Positions 57,655 through 64,000 of a stretch of DNA of 64,000 bases are shown here, in pieces. The notes beneath the pieces are model-generated. The model searched no databases, had not been told where the DNA came from, and saw only the letters and a list, made by a program, of their open reading frames with translations. Origin of the DNA: an uncultured Gammaproteobacteria bacterium (GTDB lineage Bacteria > Cyanobacteriota > Vampirovibrionia > LMEP-6097); assembly GCA_964551925.1 (NCBI GenBank), contig CAZKFA010000001.1, positions 16,281 to 80,280 of the forward strand, in the 5' to 3' direction. The position numbers and the translations under genes were made by a program. Numbering within the stretch: position 1 is the first letter of the stretch; every line of letters begins with the position of its first letter.

Positions 57655-60600
57655 ATGCAAATAACTCAACACAGAATGGTACGGGAAGCTGCTGATGGAA
57701 ATGGAGCAGAGAAAGATCTTGGAACGATCCATGTTTCAGATCAAGTAATTGGTGATAGCTTGATGCAAGCACTCTCTCCTTTTAATAAAGATTTTTTTTC
57801 TGGAGCTCTTAATCCTGCTAACGCCTATTGGTCTGGAGGCGCTGTTGATAAAGGTGATTATGTGTACAAGCTTGATTTAACTGAGGCTGATAAGAAGAGT
57901 GGTGGTAAATTCGGAATAGTATTTCAAGATCAGTTTGCTCATAATCAATCTATTGCATTTGTGTTTTCTATTGTTGACGGCAAGTTAATTATTTCAAAAA
58001 GTAAATTAGTTGATGATGCTAGTGGTCCTGACTTTGGTGGGGCTAAGGACTCATATCAAGATACTTATGTTGCAATATCTCATGCTCTTCATGGTAGTGA
58101 TAGCGAGAAAACAAAATATACTTTGAATTTTGAAGATGGAATTGATGCAGAAGAAGAGAAAATAATTAAATATATTACGGCTTATGCAAATCTGGATGTT
58201 AAAGCTAATCCACATCTTAAAAATATAATATTAGAATCTAGAGCTTTGATTAAAGACCACTTGGATACTGCGATGCTGAAGGTTAAACAAGATCCAAGCA
58301 AAATCTCTGAGTACATTGATTTGGTCAAATCTTATAAAAATTCTGGTTTATCTAAATTAAGTGAACAAACAGTTCGACAAAATGGACAGTCTAGTAATTA
58401 TAATACTCACTTAAATTTAGTTGATAATATTTTATCTACAGAACCAACGCAATTCGGTGCATTAGTAAGATTTCATCCGTATAGTTTAGATAGAGTTAAG
58501 ACTGTTGATGATCTTGTAGTCAGAGAGCTTTTGATAAGAGCTTTAAGAACAGGTAATTTGTCAAGTGGAAATTTGGACGGATTGGATACTGCCTTGAAGA
58601 CTGTGGTTGATAAGTATTTAGATATTGCTGCTGCAGGTATGAACGTAGCTGATAGAGCTACTAAGCAAGCTGAGCTTCTTAAACAAGTGAAAGATTATAT
58701 AGAGCCATATAAGAATAAGACTGCTAGTGATTTTACGGAACTTATAAATAATCCTGATAGTTTTAATAGGTTCTTCGCGTTTTTGCAAGTCTCGCAAAAC
58801 GACAAGATAGAAGCCAATCTTAAGCTTCTAACACAAGAGCTTACTGAGCTATTAAGAAAAGAAACAAATTTAACAAAAAAAGATCAGCTTGTTGATAAGT
58901 ACAAGAAACTTCTTGTTCAATATGGAGCCTTTTTTGCTGGATCAGGAACTGCTGATATTGATAAATTGGCAATTGATTCAACTAAGTTAAGCGACTCATC
59001 AAAACACCAACAAATATTCAATGGCTTTATGACTCTCATTAGAACAAAGCAAGAGGCGCGTATTGAGCATAAGGTTAATTCCGATAACTATAAGAATATT
59101 GGAGCTAACATAAGTTCAATGTTAGGACACACTCTAGTTGCTGGAGATGAGCTGAGCTTTGAATATGATGCTGCCACTAAAACATTCTACGTAGCTGCTA
59201 AGCATGCTGTAGCATCAGGCAGTACGAAAGCTTCTGACAAACTTAAATACACTATGCTTGCTGTGAAAGTTAATGATGATGGTACTTTGACTGCAGTGAG
59301 GTCTGAAGAGGGTGTTACTAGGTCTTATAGCGATCTCAAAAAAGAATTAATTACTAAGTTAGCTGATCCGAATGCTAAGAAAAGTAATGTTAGTCACACA
59401 GACTTCGTTAAACTATATACAACTATTGATCATACAGAGGTAAATGAATTAATAACTAGCCTTGTTGATAAAATTACCGTAGCTAATGTTAGTGATTCAA
59501 AAATTACTGCTTTGATATCAGCTTTAAGCTCTGCTAAAGACCAAGAGAAGGTTAAGATCCTTATGCAGAGTAAGTTTGATGCTTTAATCAAGGATTGTAT
59601 TTTATCTAATCCGCCAACTAATGACCAGAAAACTAAACTTACTAATATTTGGAATAAGTTTAAGGCATTTTATCCAGCTACAGCTCCGGAAACTTTGAAG
59701 AAAGTATTTAAGGATTTGATTGATACTGTGCATGCTGATGTTGTTGCTGTTGTTGCTGTTGGCACGGTTGCCCCTGTTGATAATTCTGCAAAGAGAGCTC
59801 TGTTAACGACAATGTTAGACACAAAATTTGCCAAAGTTGCTGATGTGAATATTTCTACAATTATAAATGCGATTATGGCTGGTGAAGCCACAACTAACCC
59901 AACTACTCCAAGTCCTAGCCCGAGCGTGGCACCTACTGTAGATCTAACTACTTTAACTGCTTCCACCCCAACAAATATTATTGCCAATATGAATACCGCT
60001 CTAGAAGGGATTTACAATCAAGGTGTCGCCAATCAGCCAGAGCGTTTGAGATATCTAGCTAGAGAGTTGGCGTTTGATACTTTAGATGCGCATGAAAGAA
60101 CCGAGTTAGCTAATATATTGAGATTCCATGCTAAGGATGATGAGAAGCGTAATATAGCGGGGTTAGTAGATGAATATTTAACTGCTTTAGATAAAGTAGA
60201 TACTAATGAAACTAGGTTAGGAGTATCGTTTGAGAAGGCTAATGACAAAGTTTCTTTTGCTGCTGATGTAACTAAGGAGATAGAATTATTTAATACATTA
60301 CTTAGTAAACTTTCTGATTCTACTTGTGATGATCCACTTTCTAGTTATTTTAATTTCAATGCGCAAGAATTGCGTCAATTGACAACTAAAGCTGCTCCTT
60401 TGCCGCGGTCAGTAATTACTAAGCTTGATACAATCAAGTCAGAAACTGGCATTGATATACGCCAAGCATTTAAAGATTCCAAAATTGATATCAATTCTGG
60501 TGAGGGCAAAGCTCTACTACAAAGATTATTTGAGGCTGCTAATAAGACTATTAGGAGGGAAGCAGCACCAGAGATCCAAGTGGCGGCAGGTGAAACTCTT

Positions 60601-61758
60601 GGTGGTCCACAACTTGCTTTAGAACTACTTTATATGACTAAATACAACCCATTAGTCAGAGCACAAGCTGTAAACACCAGAAAGTTTCTTGATTTCTTTA
60701 ATAACCCGGATGCTATTAATGGACCGCAATTTGCAAGTGCTATTGACGCCGAGAGACAAATACACTTAGCTCAAGTATTGATGATGTACCAATCGCCAAT
60801 TGAAGAACATATGACTAAACCCACTCTGGATGCTGCAAGGACAATCTATGAGCAGATTCCAGGCGAGGTGTTTAATTACAAACAGACTCCACAATTCTTT
60901 ATGCATGAGAATGGACAACCAGTTCTTAAGAAGATATATAAGCTTGGAGATAAGGCTAATCTGGTGATGCCATTAGCGGCTAATATACGAGTCTCTGGTA
61001 AAGAAGCTGATAAGAATTTCTCAGTTGAAGGAGATAACTTAGCTCTCAAGGCTATTCTTGAAGCCACTGGTGTGATTCCAGTTGGTGATGAAGAAAAATT
61101 CAGTAATTTTATTCAAGGATTTGCAACTAAGAACGCTGAAGGAGAATATAGCTTTGATAGGCCGGCTCAAGAACGTTTGGCAACTGAGCTTGCTAGAATA
61201 TTACCTTCTTTCGTTGAGACTTATAATCGCTTCAGTAGTAAAGAACCAGCTAATGATAATGAAAGAACTCAATTCGCTAAAGCAAAGACTGTTATAGACA
61301 AGCTTCTAGAGGTACAAGGGTCTTCTACTATATTGAGCGTTGAGACTGGCTATATCAAGATTAGTTTTGATGAATTCTTAGATAGTTTTACAAACTTTGT
61401 AACTAATATGAAGGCTTATAGAGATGTTAATGAGGCTGATATTCCAGATCCATCAATATGGTCTCAAGGTTTGCCAGGAGGCTACAATACTTCTGGAACT
61501 CCAATACCATTCAATGACATCTATGCGGCTTGGAGAGATAATAATAGAAACTTTAGTTTTAATAAATATATTTCCATGCAACAAGTTGCAACTGATCTAC
61601 CTATGAATAATCCTTGGTATCGCTACGCCACAGCTACTCCCGAGGAACAAGGTCAAATGAATCAAGATATTAATGCTCATCTTCGAGCTCAGACTGGTTA
61701 CTCAACATGGCGCCAGGCTAATACTCAGCCAGTGGCAAATAGATCTTTTCACGTTTAA
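57655..61758 (+). CDS. Very large hypothetical protein (1367 aa), orphan; contains a Pro/Thr-rich linker (~aa 740-770: TTNPTTPSPSPSVAPTVDLTTLTASTPTN)
   Basis: Long ORF, soluble, multi-domain appearance; no motif recognised. Confidence 0.55.
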   Translation: MQITQHRMVREAADGNGAEKDLGTIHVSDQVIGDSLMQALSPFNKDFFSGALNPANAYWSGGAVDKGDYVYKLDLTEADKKSGGKFGIVFQDQFAHNQSIAFVFSIVDGKLIISKSKLVDDASGPDFGGAKDSYQDTYVAISHALHGSDSEKTKYTLNFEDGIDAEEEKIIKYITAYANLDVKANPHLKNIILESRALIKDHLDTAMLKVKQDPSKISEYIDLVKSYKNSGLSKLSEQTVRQNGQSSNYNTHLNLVDNILSTEPTQFGALVRFHPYSLDRVKTVDDLVVRELLIRALRTGNLSSGNLDGLDTALKTVVDKYLDIAAAGMNVADRATKQAELLKQVKDYIEPYKNKTASDFTELINNPDSFNRFFAFLQVSQNDKIEANLKLLTQELTELLRKETNLTKKDQLVDKYKKLLVQYGAFFAGSGTADIDKLAIDSTKLSDSSKHQQIFNGFMTLIRTKQEARIEHKVNSDNYKNIGANISSMLGHTLVAGDELSFEYDAATKTFYVAAKHAVASGSTKASDKLKYTMLAVKVNDDGTLTAVRSEEGVTRSYSDLKKELITKLADPNAKKSNVSHTDFVKLYTTIDHTEVNELITSLVDKITVANVSDSKITALISALSSAKDQEKVKILMQSKFDALIKDCILSNPPTNDQKTKLTNIWNKFKAFYPATAPETLKKVFKDLIDTVHADVVAVVAVGTVAPVDNSAKRALLTTMLDTKFAKVADVNISTIINAIMAGEATTNPTTPSPSPSVAPTVDLTTLTASTPTNIIANMNTALEGIYNQGVANQPERLRYLARELAFDTLDAHERTELANILRFHAKDDEKRNIAGLVDEYLTALDKVDTNETRLGVSFEKANDKVSFAADVTKEIELFNTLLSKLSDSTCDDPLSSYFNFNAQELRQLTTKAAPLPRSVITKLDTIKSETGIDIRQAFKDSKIDINSGEGKALLQRLFEAANKTIRREAAPEIQVAAGETLGGPQLALELLYMTKYNPLVRAQAVNTRKFLDFFNNPDAINGPQFASAIDAERQIHLAQVLMMYQSPIEEHMTKPTLDAARTIYEQIPGEVFNYKQTPQFFMHENGQPVLKKIYKLGDKANLVMPLAANIRVSGKEADKNFSVEGDNLALKAILEATGVIPVGDEEKFSNFIQGFATKNAEGEYSFDRPAQERLATELARILPSFVETYNRFSSKEPANDNERTQFAKAKTVIDKLLEVQGSSTILSVETGYIKISFDEFLDSFTNFVTNMKAYRDVNEADIPDPSIWSQGLPGGYNTSGTPIPFNDIYAAWRDNNRNFSFNKYISMQQVATDLPMNNPWYRYATATPEEQGQMNQDINAHLRAQTGYSTWRQANTQPVANRSFHV

Positions 61759-61806
61759 TCTTTATTGTTATTCGCCTACTTTAACGTGGAATAATATAAC
61801 TAATAT

Positions 61807-62580
61807 ATGAAAATACTTGTCGCGAATGATGATGGAATTTGGGCAGAGGGTATTAGAGCTTTGGCTTCAACTCTTGCCATGGATCATGAGGTCTATGTCT
61901 GTGCACCAGACCGAGAACGCTCTGCTACAGGACATTCTATGAGTTTGCATAAGCCATTGATGGTCAGTCCAGCTAAGACTAGTGATATGGTGGATCGAGT
62001 GAAGTCAGCATACTTAACTTCAGGTACTCCAGCTGATTGCTCAAAAATTGCTCTAGGAGCGCTTTTTAAGGATATTAAGTTTGATTTAATGGTCTCTGGT
62101 ATTAATCACGGCCCAAATCTGGGAATAGATGTCCTCTATTCTGGTACTGTATCAGCGGCGATGGAAGCTATGTTGCTTGGTGTGCCCTCGTTAGCCTGTT
62201 CACTTTATAGCTATACCTCTAAAGAGTTTGAAGAGTCAGCATTATGGATCAAACAACTAATCGAGTCAAATGATCTGCCTAAGCTAATTCCACCAAAAAC
62301 TTTTTTGAATATTAATCTGCCACCAGGAGCGCGCTCTAAATATCGTGGTGCTCAGATAACTAAACTTGGTCATCGTGCTTACGAGGAGAACTATGAAGAA
62401 CGTCAAGATCCTCGTGGTAATAAATATTTCTGGCTAGCTGGTAAGCCAATAGAAGGACTAGAGGTTGAAGGTACCGATGGTTGGGCGCTACTTAATAACA
62501 GGGTTTCAATTACGCCGGTTTGTTTTGACATGACACACTACGCTTTGCTTGAGACATTAGAAAGTAAGTTAGTGCTTTAG
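61807..62580 (+). CDS. surE: 5'/3'-nucleotidase SurE
   Basis: 'MKILVANDDGIWAEGIRAL', 'DRERSATGHSMSLHKPL', 'SGINHGPNLG' are canonical SurE motifs. Confidence 0.85.
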   Translation: MKILVANDDGIWAEGIRALASTLAMDHEVYVCAPDRERSATGHSMSLHKPLMVSPAKTSDMVDRVKSAYLTSGTPADCSKIALGALFKDIKFDLMVSGINHGPNLGIDVLYSGTVSAAMEAMLLGVPSLACSLYSYTSKEFEESALWIKQLIESNDLPKLIPPKTFLNINLPPGARSKYRGAQITKLGHRAYEENYEERQDPRGNKYFWLAGKPIEGLEVEGTDGWALLNNRVSITPVCFDMTHYALLETLESKLVL

Positions 62581-62583
62581 AAT

Positions 62584-62730
62584 TGTTGTCGCTCTGATCA
62601 TTGTGGTAGTCTTCCGGCAGCTCCGGTCCCTGTCTTTTATCGCTTCGCTCAAAAGCAGGGACATGGCTCCGCTGCTCCTTGCTTACTAAGCTCATAGTCA
62701 AGATCTCTACCAGAATGATCAGAGCAACAA
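62584..62730. mobile_element. Second MITE-like / structured element: imperfect ~24-bp inverted repeats (TTGTTG(TCG)CTCTGATCATTGTGGTAG ... CTACCAGAATGATCAGAGCAACAA) enclosing about 96 bp of GC-richer sequence with internal stems
   Basis: Read directly; 1 mismatch plus a 3-nt indel between the arms; no coding potential (the 83-aa minus-strand ORF there is judged spurious). Confidence 0.4.
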
Positions 62731-62775
62731 TGATGGAGCTGCTCATAATGAAGGGTCTCAAGTTATAATATACTA

Positions 62776-63246
62776 ATGAGAAATCTGATTATTATACAGT
62801 GTATAGTATTTGCTTTAAGTTCTTGTGCTAAATCTTATCCACAGCAGTTGAGTTTTAGAGTGGAAGATCGCAATATCGCTGATGACAGTATTACAGAGTA
62901 TCGTTTTTTTGAGAATGGTTTAGTTAATAGAACACAGACCTACTCAGCCAAAGAATTGTTCTCTAGTAAGTTTATTGAACTTGATAAAGAACAAACTGAG
63001 CAAGTGAAAGCAATTCTAGTTGCTCTGCAGAAATTAGACTATATAAATGACTTCCCTTGGAAAGAAGATTATTATAAGCGTGGCAATGTGATGAAGATTG
63101 AGTTTCCTGATGAAGTTGAGCTGAAATTTTTTGCTAATAAACCTAGTAAAACAATTAATATACCGCAAACATTTTATTTCTATACTGGACACGAGAAGCA
63201 GCCGCAGGTTTTTGTGGAATTGCAACAATTGATAAATCATTTATAA
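62776..63246 (+). CDS. Hypothetical lipoprotein
   Basis: 'MRNLIIIQCIVFALSSCAK' signal peptide with LSSC lipobox. Confidence 0.5.
   Translation: MRNLIIIQCIVFALSSCAKSYPQQLSFRVEDRNIADDSITEYRFFENGLVNRTQTYSAKELFSSKFIELDKEQTEQVKAILVALQKLDYINDFPWKEDYYKRGNVMKIEFPDEVELKFFANKPSKTINIPQTFYFYTGHEKQPQVFVELQQLINHL
62790..62808. repeat. Iterated palindrome copy ATTATACAGTGTATAGTA inside the lipoprotein signal-peptide coding region (again encodes IQCIV)
   Basis: Read directly. Confidence 0.75.
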
Positions 63247-63276
63247 TATGCTGTCATTGATTGATGACGGATGATC

Positions 63277-64000
63277 CTACTGCCAAATAGTACGTTCTTC
63301 GTCAGTGAAAATTCCCATTGGTTGTACTTCTGGATTGAGTTTGATGCCTTTTTGCTTGAGAGCTTCTTGCTGTACGTGAGCCATCAATTCACAGAAATCT
63401 TGCGAAGTACCACCATTTGTGTTCTCAAAGAAATTACCATGAGTTGGTGACACTACAAAAGCACCATGACGATAGGACTTGAGCCCAAGGTCTTGAATTA
63501 ATTTACCAGCACCATAATCTTTTTTGGGATTTTTGAAAGTACAACCACAAGTAAAAGATTTGATTGGTTGACTAGAAGTTCTTGCTTGATTATTTGCAAG
63601 AACTCTTTTGCGGATTTCTTCTTTGTCATCTGGACTGAGCTTAAAAATACCAGAGATAATCATGTACTGCTGTGGGTTAATTGCTGAGTGCCTGTAAGTG
63701 AGTTGTAGGTCCTGACCGGGCTTGAAAGCTTCTGAACCAGTGAAGCTAACAGCCGCACCGTTAGTCCAAAGTTCTACTTCAAGAGTTTCCAAATTGAGAA
63801 CCTTTGCTGCAATAAGGATTTGAGATATCTCCCAACCGTGAGCTCCAGCATTCATCACGATACCGCCAGCAATTGAACCGGGTATACCTTCCATAAATTC
63901 AGTCCCAGAGAGCGATTCACGGGTCATCATGGCGCAGAACTTAGGCATGCGTAAGCCAGCACCAGCCTCATAAATATTATCTTCGAGTTTGACTAGCCAG
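63277..64000 (-). CDS. murB: UDP-N-acetylenolpyruvoylglucosamine reductase, C-terminal about 240 aa; the gene continues past the window end
   Basis: 'GIPGSIAGGIVMNAGAHG' and C-terminal MurB domain; the frame stays open to base 64000. Confidence 0.75.
   Translation of the reverse strand, partial: WLVKLEDNIYEAGAGLRMPKFCAMMTRESLSGTEFMEGIPGSIAGGIVMNAGAHGWEISQILIAAKVLNLETLEVELWTNGAAVSFTGSEAFKPGQDLQLTYRHSAINPQQYMIISGIFKLSPDDKEEIRKRVLANNQARTSSQPIKSFTCGCTFKNPKKDYGAGKLIQDLGLKSYRHGAFVVSPTHGNFFENTNGGTSQDFCELMAHVQQEALKQKGIKLNPEVQPMGIFTDEERTIWQ

Noticed and set aside
59670-59987. 105-aa minus-strand ORF
   Set aside because: Antisense to the continuous 1367-aa ORF within an Ala/Val/Thr-rich stretch; composition artefact.
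62510-62761. 83-aa minus-strand ORF downstream of surE
   Set aside because: It spans the inverted-repeat/structured element, has no RBS and an odd composition; better explained as a non-coding element.

Overview
This is a 64 kb chromosomal segment from a low-GC (roughly 35-40%), evidently diderm bacterium (LptF/G, MlaE, a lipoprotein signal, SecA). It is densely packed with housekeeping genes on both strands. Heme synthesis: hemY-like and hemN. Amino-acid and cofactor biosynthesis: serA, a hisC-family aminotransferase, argF, ilvB, coaBC, folC. TCA and acetate: sucCD, acs. Nucleotide metabolism: pyrC-like, thyX, mazG, surE. Information processing: secA, rpsJ, serS, rsmE, trmL, an RNase E/G, a FliA-family sigma factor. 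Envelope: mlaE, lptF/G, a capD/pglF-type dehydratase, ftsH, the 3' end of murB. I found no rRNA, tRNA, CRISPR array, transposase or integrase. The sigma factor type, the orphan S10 gene, and an RNase E/G with an Arg-rich tail just downstream of a TIGR03960-like radical SAM gene fit a cyanobacteria-related or other deep diderm lineage (possibly host-associated). That placement is inference only. The segment from about 45.2 to 61.8 kb is different: four very large ORFs with no recognisable domains (627, 860 (+144), 999 and 1367 aa) and no signal peptides. In this segment the orphan genes are interspersed with two paralogous, translationally coupled pairs of small membrane-protein genes, each pair transcribed divergently from a giant orphan gene. 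It also contains a radical-SAM / aldolase-fold / trmL cluster and is bracketed by two GC-richer inverted-repeat (MITE-like) elements. Across the whole window a roughly 19 bp palindrome (consensus ATTATACA-S-TGTATAGTAA) occurs at least 8 times, in intergenic gaps and also in-frame inside three genes, which is behaviour typical of a highly iterated palindrome. Other structural features include a perfect 26-bp-stem hairpin in the nrnA/mazG divergent region, a textbook bidirectional terminator, and 36-bp in-frame tandem repeats in rne that look superficially CRISPR-like. All calls rest on reading the ORF translations and the raw sequence; no database search was possible.
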